Source of the DNA: a virus
Taxonomy: Duplodnaviria > Caudoviricetes
Virus record (IMG/VR): IMGVR_UViG_3300036854_000038
Coordinates: 1 to 50,235 of that record
Reading direction: 5' to 3' (one strand)
Length of the DNA stretch: 50,235 nt
Position numbers and translations under genes: made by a program. Every line of letters starts with the position of its first letter. Position 1 is the first letter of the stretch. The notes beneath the pieces were generated by a model that did no database searches, was not told where the DNA came from, and saw only the letters and a program-made list of their open reading frames with translations. Positions 19,752-27,789 of this stretch are shown here, piece by piece.

Positions 19752-20146
19752 GGCGCCGCCGTCCGCTGCACCTCACGCACGACAGCCCGGTGGGCATCCG
19801 GGTGGTCGAAGACCTCGAAGCTGATGCGTGCCTGCTGGCCTGGCTGGACGTGTTCGGCGGTGGGGTTCGCCCAGTCGACCTGCGTGCCGGCCTTGTTCTC
19901 GATGCTGACCTCGATGTAGTAGTCGGACGGGCCACTAGTATGGTTGGTGATGAGGAGTCTGCCGACGTGGCGGACCACGCCGCCTTCCACGTCGGCCCGC
20001 TGGAAGGAGAGGAGCTTCACGTCGGCGGTGGCGTCTTTGGCGCCAAGGCCCCGGCTGACCGTCTCCCCGGTCTCAACGGACGCGCTGCATCCGGCCACCA
20101 GGGCACCTAGCAGCAGCGCACCGCAGACCCACCACCACCGCCTCAT
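19748..20146 (-). CDS. Lipoprotein with a small Ig-like domain
   Basis: Signal peptide with lipobox LVAG-C. Confidence 0.75.
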   Translation of the reverse strand: MRRWWWVCGALLLGALVAGCSASVETGETVSRGLGAKDATADVKLLSFQRADVEGGVVRHVGRLLITNHTSGPSDYYIEVSIENKAGTQVDWANPTAEHVQPGQQARISFEVFDHPDAHRAVVREVQRTAAP

Positions 20147-20167
20147 GGCACCTTTCTCCCTCGCGGC

Positions 20168-20446
20168 TTACCGTCGCCGGTCATCATCGCCGCTCAGGTA
20201 CTCCAGCACCAGCAGCGACACGCCAGCGGCGGCCAGGCCGGCAGGGACGGCGACCATCCACGCCGCGGTGGAGAGCAGGCCGAAGCCACCCACCGACAGC
20301 AGCGTGGTCCGGGCCCGGGGCAGCCGCTCGACCACCCGCGCGGCCAGCCGGCCCAGCACGGCCAGCAGCGGCTGGCGTGGTGGGAGTGCCGGCAGGGCCT
20401 GGAGCCGCGCGCGCTCCTGCGCGTAGGCGTCGCCGAGGGCGCTCAC
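20168..20446 (-). CDS. Small 2-TM membrane protein
   Basis: GGGAGG RBS + GTG; hydrophobic C-terminal half. Confidence 0.65.
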   Translation of the reverse strand: MSALGDAYAQERARLQALPALPPRQPLLAVLGRLAARVVERLPRARTTLLSVGGFGLLSTAAWMVAVPAGLAAAGVSLLVLEYLSGDDDRRR

Positions 20447-20603
20447 AGAGACCTCCCATAGGCCAGCACGCAGCGCACACCGGCAGGATGCCTCGGGTGG
20501 TCCCACTCTGGGCACCGCAGGCAGCACAGCTCGGACGGTGGCTCACAGGCCGTCGTGTGCCCCTGGCAGCAGACACCCGGTACCGCGACCGCGCTCATGT
20601 CGA

Positions 20604-20801
20604 TCACAGCCGTCCTTTCGGCAGGGCGAACAGCTCAGCCGGCTTCCCACACGGCACCGGCCGGCTCGGCAGGGCGCCTTCGGCGCTGCCGATCTGAGCG
20701 GCACAGCGGCCAAAGGTGGGCGAACCTACAAGCCGCAGGTAGGAGCGGTGGCCGTCCCCGCAGATGGCGAGGTACTCTCGCGCGTGATCGGTCAGGCTCA
20801 C
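20604..20801 (-). CDS. Hypothetical protein
   Basis: Coupled to the TerL stop. Confidence 0.4.
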   Translation of the reverse strand: MSLTDHAREYLAICGDGHRSYLRLVGSPTFGRCAAQIGSAEGALPSRPVPCGKPAELFALPKGRL

Positions 20802-22087
20802 AAGAACCTCACTCGTGGTCGTCCTTTCAGGTCCCGCTCGGCGACGATATACCGCATCGCGTCACAGCCGTCATCGTTCTCCTTGATGGGCTGCTCCTTG
20901 GTCTTGTAGTCGCCCCACACGTACCCGGGGACCTCCTCGGCCGTGCACGTCGGCTTGTGCTGCTCGTCCAGGTCCGGGTCACGGTAGACCCGGCAGTCCT
21001 TGAAGATGAGCAGCCTGCGGTCCCGCAGCCGGGTCTGCACCGCGTCGATGCCTTCCAGGACCTTCTTCACCGCCGGGATCGTCCCCACCCCCAGGTGATG
21101 CTCCAGGGTGGCCCGGTCCTCGGCGTCATGGTCGCAGATCACCGCCCGCGGCCGTGGTTCCGCCTTGGCGTAGGTGATCGCATCCTGGCAGTGCTCATCG
21201 ACCGTCCGATGCGTCCGGTACAGCTCCCGGTACAGGAAGAGCTTCCCATCGGGGTCTTCCGCCCACCACTGCATCACGAACGGGTGCACGAACCCGAAGT
21301 CCACCGACCACCACCTGGTCCAGTCGGTCGGGATCGGGAACGGCTCCACCACATGCACCGCCGGGTCCCAATGCTCGTAGATGACGCCCTCCGCGGCGAC
21401 CCACCGGCCCAGGTACAGGCGCTGATACCTGACGCCGGTCAGGGCCTGCAACTTCCCCAGATACGTCGCCCCCGTCGTGGTCGGCTCCCCGTCGGACCCG
21501 TACAGCAGCGGATTGTCGGTGTGCCGCGACTCCAGCAGCACCGTCCCCCCCCGGTCGCAGCGCTGCTTCAGCCAGTGTGTCGGCATGTCCGGGTTGCAGT
21601 CCGCCAGCAGCTGCTGATACGGCATCCTGCCGTACCGCAGCCGCGTGGTCAGCGCCTCCCAGTCGTCCTCCAGCAGCTCCGTGGCCTCCTGCACATAGAT
21701 CAGGTCATACTCCGTCGACATGACCTTGCTGGCCTTGTCCAGGCCACCCAGGATCACCCGCGACCCGTTCCGGTACCGGTACTGCGCCGGCTCCTGCGCG
21801 CTCCCCCCGTAGAACGCCACCACCCCCGCAGCCAGCGCCTCCGAGATCACAAACCGCGTCCACGTCACCAGCGCCCCCGCACTCAGCGACGTCGACGTCT
21901 TCCGCAGCAGCAGGCCCCGCATCCCCGGATACTTGAGCGCCGCCAGATGCACCTTCTCCAGGCACGACCGGCTCTTCCCGGTCCCCGCCGGCCCCGCCAC
22001 CAGCACCTCACTATCCCGGCGCCGCCACAGCTCCGCACACGCCCCCCGCGGCGAAAACCTGTGCACCATCGATGCCGTCACAGCCAC
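20798..22087 (-). CDS. terL: Terminase large subunit
   Basis: Walker A GPAGTGKS, Walker B-like IYVQEA, DCNP, nuclease VDFGF...DDGCDAMRY. Confidence 0.95.
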   Translation of the reverse strand: MAVTASMVHRFSPRGACAELWRRRDSEVLVAGPAGTGKSRSCLEKVHLAALKYPGMRGLLLRKTSTSLSAGALVTWTRFVISEALAAGVVAFYGGSAQEPAQYRYRNGSRVILGGLDKASKVMSTEYDLIYVQEATELLEDDWEALTTRLRYGRMPYQQLLADCNPDMPTHWLKQRCDRGGTVLLESRHTDNPLLYGSDGEPTTTGATYLGKLQALTGVRYQRLYLGRWVAAEGVIYEHWDPAVHVVEPFPIPTDWTRWWSVDFGFVHPFVMQWWAEDPDGKLFLYRELYRTHRTVDEHCQDAITYAKAEPRPRAVICDHDAEDRATLEHHLGVGTIPAVKKVLEGIDAVQTRLRDRRLLIFKDCRVYRDPDLDEQHKPTCTAEEVPGYVWGDYKTKEQPIKENDDGCDAMRYIVAERDLKGRPRVRFL

Positions 22088-22302
22088 CCCCCGGATGCTA
22101 GAGTCCCCCCGCTGGGGAGGGGGGGCTGGGGGGGAGAGGTTGGAGAGGAGAAGAGAGGAGGGGGAAAGGGGGGGAGAGACGAGGGGAGGGACCGCACCAC
22201 GCCCGGGTCGGCCAGCTCATCGTGGGCGCAGTCATAGCAGACCCCATCCACCAGGTCGTCAGCATCGACCTCGCAACCGCACACCCCACACACTGCTGTC
22301 AT
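22078..22302 (-). CDS. Small Cys-rich hypothetical protein
   Basis: CGVC...CYDC; Pro/Ser tail encoded by a purine/pyrimidine tract. Confidence 0.45.
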   Translation of the reverse strand: MTAVCGVCGCEVDADDLVDGVCYDCAHDELADPGVVRSLPSSLPPFPPPLFSSPTSPPQPPLPSGGTLASGGWL

Positions 22303-22429
22303 GCTCGCACCATTCGACCGAATCTAGTTTGAGTGGCTGCAACACGAACCGGGGGGCCCCAGTACCCAGGTGGCGGGACCTTCGGTATTTTCCCAGCCCA
22401 AGGGCCTTTCGTTTGTGTGTGTGGGTGGT

Positions 22430-22530
22430 GGTAGGTACCTACCTCCCATAGTACCCACACCCACCCTATACCTACCTACTGTACCCATAGTACCCATACC
22501 TACCTAGGTACTAGGGGTGGGGTAGGACCA
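22430..22530. repeat. Low-complexity TACC/GTAC repeat tract
   Basis: TACCTACCT x3 and CCCATAGTACCCA x2; noncoding, between TerS and TerL. Confidence 0.7.
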
Positions 22531-22538
22531 GGTCCCAC

Positions 22539-22889
22539 CTACAAGGCCTCCAGGTCGACCCCGTCGATGCGGTAGTCCACCTGTCCACCATCCACCTGCA
22601 CCTGGGTACTGCTCGGCCCGTACCCGCTGCGGTCCAACAGCGCCGTCGCAGCACGGACAGCGATCGCCTCATCAGGCGAGTCGAGCAGCTGCACCAGGCG
22701 GGCAGCCGCAGGATCGGCAGCCTCGAGGAGGCGACGGCGCGCCGCATTCTGCACTTGGGGAGCCTTGCCACCATGCAGGTTGCAGACCAGGGAGCCGGGC
22801 GCTGGTGTGCGTCCGCAGCGGCCGCCTGCTCGGTTGTGGGCGGTGCAGCGACGCTTGGGAGGCCCGTCGGTAGGGTGAGGCCCGTTCAT
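22539..22889 (-). CDS. Putative terminase small subunit
   Basis: C.A...G.RC...VC..HGG zinc motif plus helical LLDRSG domain; upstream of TerL; TATGCT 6 nt before the ATG suggests a leaderless transcript. Confidence 0.7.
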   Translation of the reverse strand: MNGPHPTDGPPKRRCTAHNRAGGRCGRTPAPGSLVCNLHGGKAPQVQNAARRRLLEAADPAAARLVQLLDSPDEAIAVRAATALLDRSGYGPSSTQVQVDGGQVDYRIDGVDLEAL

Positions 22890-22947
22890 GGGGTGAGCAT
22901 AGCAAGGCGCCCGGCCGCTGGTGGACGGCCGGGCGGTGGGCGAGGCG

Positions 22948-23148
22948 TCAGATGCGAACGATTCCGCTGGCGTTGTAGACGCTGCGCTGACGGAGCGAGA
23001 GCCGGTTGGTGTGTCGGTAGCAGAATGCCTCATACAGCAGTTCCCAGCGGATTGCGGAGTGGTGGTCTTGCTGACGGCGGGCGCGTTCGATGCGGCGGAG
23101 TGCGCGCATCCTGGTGGTGTGGGTGCGGGTTCCGGTGTAGCGGCCCAT
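22948..23148 (-). CDS. Small helical protein, paralog A
   Basis: AGGAGG RBS; own promoter; downstream hairpin 22908-22935. Confidence 0.7.
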   Translation of the reverse strand: MGRYTGTRTHTTRMRALRRIERARRQQDHHSAIRWELLYEAFCYRHTNRLSLRQRSVYNASGIVRI

Positions 23149-23173
23149 CTTGTTCCTCCTGGCTGGTCTGGTC

Positions 23174-23228
23174 TGTCGAGTCATGACTCTACGCTCTCCC
23201 TGGGATGCTGTCAAGGGATGACTTGACA
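23174..23228 (-). promoter_or_regulatory. Promoter TTGACA-17-TAGAGT with two 20-bp operators
   Basis: -35 at 23214-23209, -10 at 23191-23186; operators 23174-23193 and 23209-23228. Confidence 0.85.
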
Positions 23229-23280
23229 GACGGCTGAGCGCCCGGCCGTGGTGGGGGCCGGGCGCCTTGTGTGGTGGTGG

Positions 23281-23445
23281 TCAGTAGGTGAAGCCTCGGG
23301 CTTTCAGGTACCGGTCGTGTAGTGCGAGGTAAATTGCGTCCCAGCGTTGTACTGCGTCGATGTCACCGTTGTTCCATGCGCGGTGTGAGCGTTGGAATGC
23401 GCGGATGCTTGAGCGTTCCATGCGCTTCAGGCTGTGCTTTCCCAT
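23281..23445 (-). CDS. Small helical protein, paralog B
   Basis: Not in the ORF track; GGAGG RBS; MGKHSLKRMERSSIRAFQRSHRAWNNGDIDAVQRWDAIYLALHDRYLKARGFTY; hairpin 23238-23265. Confidence 0.7.
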   Translation of the reverse strand: MGKHSLKRMERSSIRAFQRSHRAWNNGDIDAVQRWDAIYLALHDRYLKARGFTY

Positions 23446-23468
23446 AGGGTCCTCCCTCCCTCCTCGCT

Positions 23469-23523
23469 TGTCGAGGCATGACTCTACGCTCCCTCATGGA
23501 TGCTGTCAAGCCATCACTCTACG
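23469..23523 (-). promoter_or_regulatory. Promoter TTGACA-17-TAGAGT with two operators
   Basis: -35 at 23509-23504, -10 at 23486-23481; operators 23469-23488 and 23504-23523. Confidence 0.85.
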
Positions 23524-23531
23524 CACTTCTC

Positions 23532-23586
23532 TGTAGAGCCATCCCTTGACGCTCTCCTCTCCCACCTGTAGAGTCATGGCATGACA
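23532..23586 (+). promoter_or_regulatory. Promoter TTGACG-17-TAGAGT with two operators (leaderless)
   Basis: -35 at 23546, -10 at 23569, ATG 6 nt after the -10; operators 23532-23551 and 23567-23586. Confidence 0.85.
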
Positions 23587-23745
23587 GAGAGCCACGCGAC
23601 AGCGAAGCGCCAATGCCCACGGTGCGGACGGGACATCACCGTCGATGATGGCCGGCTCGAGCCAGGGCGGAAAGGCCTGCTGCTTCGCCATCGTGACCCA
23701 GCTCGAGGCTGGAAGCGGTGCCCGTACAGGGGGCGTGGCAAGTGA
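23581..23745 (+). CDS. Small zinc-finger-like protein
   Basis: MTESHATAKRQCPRCGR...LRH...RCPY; stop overlaps the next GTG. Confidence 0.65.
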   Translation: MTESHATAKRQCPRCGRDITVDDGRLEPGRKGLLLRHRDPARGWKRCPYRGRGK

Positions 23746-24782
23746 CGGCGGCGGTCCAGACCCGTTGTGCTGGGTGTGGCCATTTCGTGCGCCGCCGCGC
23801 GGACATCCTTGACCCCGAGTTCAATGAGCTTGCGCGGAGTGAGGAGGCCTACTCGCGTGAGTGGGAGGAGCATGATTGCCCGGCCCAGTACAGCGAGAAT
23901 GCGGCGCCGCGGCGTGGGGAGTATGAGGCGTACCTGGAGAGCCTTGACGTTGACGGGCTTGTGGAGGAGCTGGGGGAGGCTGGCGCGGCCGCGTACCTGG
24001 GTGTGACAGCTGAGACGGTCGACGCTCCCGAGACTGCGGCGGCACCGGTTGCTGCTGCTGCGGCTGTTGAGGCTGCGGTGCCCGAGGTTGAGGCGGTCAG
24101 CCTCAGCGAGCTCGTGCGGCGCATGGATGCGGCCGCGAAGCCTCCGACAGTCCGGCCGCGGCGGCGGGTGACTCCGGTCAGCGCCGAGGACTGGGATGCG
24201 ATCATGGGCGCCCGGGTGGTCGCTGAGGCGGAGCGGATCACCCGGGCGATACCGGCAGCGTGGTTGGAGCCCGTCACGCCTGAGCAGCTGCACCTACTGG
24301 GAGGCGACGATGGTGAGGAGCCGAGCTTACGGGCGCGCGCGCGTCGCGACAGCGCTGGAATGCGGCCAGCGGGTGGCCGACGCGATGGCCAGAAAGGACA
24401 GCGGGACGCCGGAGCAACGGGCCGCCCAAATCGTGGCCCGCAGCCAGGATCTCCGACACCACGACGGGCCGATCGTGCAGCTCGACTTGGACGGCGGAGC
24501 GACACCACTCCCGTCCGCCCCTTGCCCTGGCCCGACACTCCCCAAGGGGAGCGGCCGACAGCTCAGCCTCCCCCTGGCCGTGCCGGTCGTCTACCAGTCG
24601 CCAGCGTGGAACGGGACCGTCGAACAGCCCCCACTCGACCTCGCCGCGGACGGCGAGGGTTGCGGCTGAGTCGCCTGCTGCGCTGGTTGCAGCAGGACGA
24701 CCCACGCTTGACGCATCGGCTTGAGCGGACAGCGCGGGTGGTCGAGTGGGTTGAGCGGCTGTTCGTCGCCGACCCACACTAG
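23742..24782 (+). CDS. Hypothetical protein (acidic N-terminal half; C-terminal half doubtful)
   Basis: RCAGCGHFV start; second half overlaps another ORF (24310-24669). Confidence 0.5.
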   Translation: MTAAVQTRCAGCGHFVRRRADILDPEFNELARSEEAYSREWEEHDCPAQYSENAAPRRGEYEAYLESLDVDGLVEELGEAGAAAYLGVTAETVDAPETAAAPVAAAAAVEAAVPEVEAVSLSELVRRMDAAAKPPTVRPRRRVTPVSAEDWDAIMGARVVAEAERITRAIPAAWLEPVTPEQLHLLGGDDGEEPSLRARARRDSAGMRPAGGRRDGQKGQRDAGATGRPNRGPQPGSPTPRRADRAARLGRRSDTTPVRPLPWPDTPQGERPTAQPPPGRAGRLPVASVERDRRTAPTRPRRGRRGLRLSRLLRWLQQDDPRLTHRLERTARVVEWVERLFVADPH

Positions 24783-24787
24783 CAATC

Positions 24788-24842
24788 TGTAGAGGGATGG
24801 CTTGACACACCCTGCCCATTCATGTAGAGTCATGACACGACA
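24788..24842 (+). promoter_or_regulatory. Promoter TTGACA-17-TAGAGT with two operators
   Basis: -35 at 24802, -10 at 24825; operators 24788-24807 and 24823-24842. Confidence 0.85.
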
Positions 24843-24865
24843 GAGAGACCAGTAGGGGAGGGGCG

Positions 24866-25030
24866 ATGGAGCAAGTCAGGAAGGCCCGGCGGTACACGGC
24901 CACGGTGGAGAGCGCCAGCGGAATCCTCCACACATTCGAGGTTCTTGCGCTCGACCTGAACGGTGCTCGTCATGCGGTGGCGCGCAAGTACCCGGGGACC
25001 TACTTGCGGGCACTGCGCCCAGTCAACTAA
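24866..25030 (+). CDS. Small hypothetical protein (54 aa)
   Basis: GGAGG RBS; MEQVRKARRYTATVESASGILHTFEVLA... Confidence 0.65.
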   Translation: MEQVRKARRYTATVESASGILHTFEVLALDLNGARHAVARKYPGTYLRALRPVN

Positions 25031-25049
25031 CCGAGAGGAGGCGCGAGCA

Positions 25050-25307
25050 ATGGGAATGACGCAGATGGTAAGCGCCGAGCAGATGAGCTCGGCGGCGAGT
25101 TACCTGATCCGGAACTGGGGCGAATACGGCTACAGGATCGGCGTGGAGGCTGCCGGGTTCACGCGCGCCGCGTTCCTATGCCGCGCATCGGACGGCTCAG
25201 AGTTCCGCTTCCTGGTCGACCGGTACGGCAACACGGTTGACCTTCCCGACGCGCCGAGCCTTGACCGGGCGCTCGAGCTGCTGCCCGCCGAGCAGGTGAC
25301 CTCATGA
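25050..25307 (+). CDS. Hypothetical protein
   Basis: AGGAGG RBS + ATG. Confidence 0.7.
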   Translation: MGMTQMVSAEQMSSAASYLIRNWGEYGYRIGVEAAGFTRAAFLCRASDGSEFRFLVDRYGNTVDLPDAPSLDRALELLPAEQVTS

Positions 25308-25498
25308 GCGCGGCCACGGTCGCCGTGTCGCTGGCCTGTGAGACGGGCCGGTGTGACCGGTGCCGCGGGACGGTCGTCAGCCTCACCCGCCCGGTGGGCG
25401 CGCAATGCGAGCACGACTGCCACAGCACCGACGACCAGGCCATCGAGGCGCAATTGGAGCGCGAGCACTTCGGCGAAATCGGCTACTGGGACGAGTGA
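25304..25498 (+). CDS. Small Cys/His-rich protein
   Basis: ATGA-coupled; CETGRCDRC...CEHDCH. Confidence 0.65.
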   Translation: MSAATVAVSLACETGRCDRCRGTVVSLTRPVGAQCEHDCHSTDDQAIEAQLEREHFGEIGYWDE

Positions 25499-25512
25499 GG
25501 AAGGGGAGAGCA

Positions 25513-25875
25513 ATGACCTACCGCAGAAGCTACGGGCGCCGGTCGAGTGCGCCGCGGCAGGGCCGCTGGATGGCACTTCGCTACGCGGGCACCTGCACCG
25601 CTGGCGAGACACTCGCCGCCGGGACCCGGGCGTTCTACGACCCGTCCGACCGGTCAGTCACGTGCACTGACCTGGAGCACGCCAAGGCGGCCGGGCTGAC
25701 AACGGAGAAGTGGCAAGGCTCGCCGACCAGCGGCAGCTATCAGACCGTGCTGTCCGACGTGCGCCGCGACACTGACGGCGTGGTCGTGGCGAACACGCGG
25801 TACGGCAGGCGGCGCGGCTACGAGTGGACCGGCAGCCGGTGCATCGACGCGCCGTGCTGCGGGTGCTGCGACTGA
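25513..25875 (+). CDS. Hypothetical protein with C-terminal RCIDAPCCGCC motif
   Basis: GGGGAG RBS; Cys cluster at the C-terminus. Confidence 0.7.
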   Translation: MTYRRSYGRRSSAPRQGRWMALRYAGTCTAGETLAAGTRAFYDPSDRSVTCTDLEHAKAAGLTTEKWQGSPTSGSYQTVLSDVRRDTDGVVVANTRYGRRRGYEWTGSRCIDAPCCGCCD

Positions 25876-25889
25876 CCAGGAGAAACACC

Positions 25890-26054
25890 GTGACTGATGA
25901 GGAGCTCGCCGAGCACATGCAACAGGTCCACGAGTGGTGGCCCATGGCGCCCGAGGTGGCCCGCAAGTTGCACGACCGCGACCACCGCCAGGCCATCAAT
26001 GGCACATACCGAGGACACCGCCACGACGACCAGGAGGAGGAGCAAGGATGCTGA
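25890..26054 (+). CDS. Small hypothetical protein
   Basis: AGGAG RBS + GTG. Confidence 0.55.
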   Translation: MTDEELAEHMQQVHEWWPMAPEVARKLHDRDHRQAINGTYRGHRHDDQEEEQGC

Positions 26055-26371
26055 CCAACACAACCGCCACGCTGGAGGAGCTCCAGGAGCTCGTGACCGC
26101 GGGCACGCACATCACCCTGTCGCGCCGGATGCCGGAGAGCACCCGGCCCGGGACCTTCTCGGGCGTGCTCAAGCAGGCCAGCGGGCCGTTCCCGCCCTAC
26201 GGCTTCGCCGTGTTGTGGCACGGCGACCAGGGCGAGCAGTCCTACCTCGCTCTGCCTCCCGACTGGGAATGGAGCATCGAGCGCACCGAGCACAGGCACA
26301 CCGACCTGCAAGAGCACGCGCACGACTACATCCAAGGCTCACGGGTGCTGATTCACCGCCACGCGAGCTGA
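26048..26371 (+). CDS. Hypothetical protein
   Basis: GGAGGAG RBS + ATG; stop lies 2 nt before hammerhead 1. Confidence 0.7.
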   Translation: MLTNTTATLEELQELVTAGTHITLSRRMPESTRPGTFSGVLKQASGPFPPYGFAVLWHGDQGEQSYLALPPDWEWSIERTEHRHTDLQEHAHDYIQGSRVLIHRHAS

Positions 26372-26373
26372 CA

Positions 26374-26427
26374 GGCCGAAACCGGCCGCCCGGCCGGTCC
26401 TAGCGTCAAGCGCTAGCTGATGAGGCC
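26374..26427 (+). ncRNA. Hammerhead ribozyme 1 (type II)
   Basis: GGCC-GAAA-CCGGCCG(CC)CGGCCGG-UC^-CUAGCG(UCAAG)CGCUAG-CUGAUGA-GGCC; all core nucleotides and three stems; predicted cut after C26399. Confidence 0.92.
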
Positions 26428-26458
26428 AGGCAGACCTCAAGCGAGGGAGGGCAGGGGA

Positions 26459-27529
26459 ATGGTCGAGATTATCCACACCAGGGCCGACGGGACCATGGCG
26501 CACGGCACCACCCGCGGCGATGGCAGCGCGCCGATCCTCAAGCGTGCCGGGTTCCGGTGGGCGCCGTCGCTCAAGACGTGGATTGTGCAGCAGTCCCGCG
26601 ACCGGGCCGTCAAAAGCTGGATTGTCGACGCGGCCGCCGAGGGGCTCCGCGCGGCCGGGTTCGAGGTCACCGTCTCGATCGACGACACCCCGCGCGCATT
26701 CGCGGAGGCCGAGGCCGAGCGTGCCGAGCGGATCAGCGAGCGCGCCGACCGGCTCGAGGGGCGCGCCGGGCGGGCCACCAGCGAGGCTGAGGCACGCTAC
26801 GCGGCCGCGCGCCGCGAGGCGGACCTGATCCCACCGGGCCAGCCGATCCTCGTCGGGCATCACTCCGAGCGTGGGCACCGCGCGGCGCTCAAGCGGATCG
26901 ACAACAACATGCGCCGCTCGATCGAGGCTGACCGCGCGGCGACCCACTACGAACGGGCCGCGAAGGTGGCCGGCCAGTACACCGCCCGCCGCGAGAGCCT
27001 CCCAACGACCCTGCGGCGGATCGCCAAACTCGAGGCGGAGGAGCGCAAAACCCGCCGGGACATGCAGCCGTGCCCGACGTCAGCACGGAAGGCGAAGGCC
27101 GGCAACGAGGGCCGCACGTTCACCTGCCCGCGCTGCTACAACGAGCAGACCATCGGGGCGGATCTGCTGGTGCCCGACCACGGCCGGCGGATCTCGCAGG
27201 CGACCGCGGATCAGCGCCTGGCGGAGCTCGCCGACGAGCTCGCCTACTGGCGCAAGGTGGTCGCCGACCAGGAGGAGGACGGCGCGAAGGTGTGGGGGCC
27301 GGCGGACTTCCGCCCGGGTGACCGGGTCCGGTACTGGGGCGGCTGGCGTGAGGTTCTCAAGGTCAACGCCAAGAGCCTCACCGTGCCATCCGGCTACTCC
27401 TGGGATGAGCGCCTCCCGTATGACGAGGTGCGCGGCCGGCGGGCGGCCGGCGACCCGGGCGGCCAGGTCGAGCACGTCGACCAGGAGGACGACGGGCCGG
27501 CCGACGAGTGCGACGGCGCCGACCGGTAG
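26459..27529 (+). CDS. DUF3560-like protein
   Basis: IPPGQPILVGHHSERGHR motif; N-terminal LKRAGFRWAPS..W; C-terminal SH3-like segment (DFRPGDRV...VLKVNAKSLTV). Confidence 0.85.
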   Translation: MVEIIHTRADGTMAHGTTRGDGSAPILKRAGFRWAPSLKTWIVQQSRDRAVKSWIVDAAAEGLRAAGFEVTVSIDDTPRAFAEAEAERAERISERADRLEGRAGRATSEAEARYAAARREADLIPPGQPILVGHHSERGHRAALKRIDNNMRRSIEADRAATHYERAAKVAGQYTARRESLPTTLRRIAKLEAEERKTRRDMQPCPTSARKAKAGNEGRTFTCPRCYNEQTIGADLLVPDHGRRISQATADQRLAELADELAYWRKVVADQEEDGAKVWGPADFRPGDRVRYWGGWREVLKVNAKSLTVPSGYSWDERLPYDEVRGRRAAGDPGGQVEHVDQEDDGPADECDGADR

Positions 27530-27586
27530 GCCGAAACGGCGCCCGGCCGGGTGCCGTCCGCGGGTAGGGCCCGCGCTGAGGAGGCC
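27529..27586 (+). ncRNA. Hammerhead ribozyme 2 (type II)
   Basis: GGCC-GAAA-CGGCGCCCG(GC)CGGGUGCCG-UC^-CGCGGG(UAGGG)CCCGCG-CUGAGGA-GGCC; predicted cut after C27558; loop AGGG can pair with CCCU at 27593-27596. Confidence 0.92.
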
Positions 27587-27612
27587 AGAGAGCCCTCACC
27601 AGAGGAGGAGCC

Positions 27613-27777
27613 GTGTACCTGTTCGCCGTGCTGATCGACGGGACCAGCGAGGCCGTCATCGTCGGGGCCGCCAGCAAGTCGCAGGCCATCGAGGCGGCCG
27701 GCCGGCTGCGACCCGGCGTCAACTTCGGCAAGACGTTTGTGCTGCTGACCAGCGACAACCACAGCCACGACTACTGA
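27613..27777 (+). CDS. Small hypothetical protein (54 aa)
   Basis: GGAGGAG RBS + GTG; MYLFAVLIDGTSEAVIVGAASKSQAIEAA... Confidence 0.65.
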   Translation: MYLFAVLIDGTSEAVIVGAASKSQAIEAAGRLRPGVNFGKTFVLLTSDNHSHDY

Positions 27778-27789
27778 GAAGGAGGCATC

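Noticed and set aside
459-22451. Long plus-strand ORFs opposite the structural genes (e.g. 11227-12663, 15953-17485, 18372-19919, 20555-22237)
   Set aside because: Antisense shadows typical of high-GC coding DNA, with no motifs or RBS
25871-25910. GAAAC...CTGATGAG as a third hammerhead
   Set aside because: No stems I, II or III can be formed; the sequence is an RBS and the first codons of a gene
26374-27586. Retron, DGR or retrozyme with its own reverse transcriptase
   Set aside because: No RT motifs were seen in any ORF, so any RNA-based mobility would need an enzyme supplied in trans
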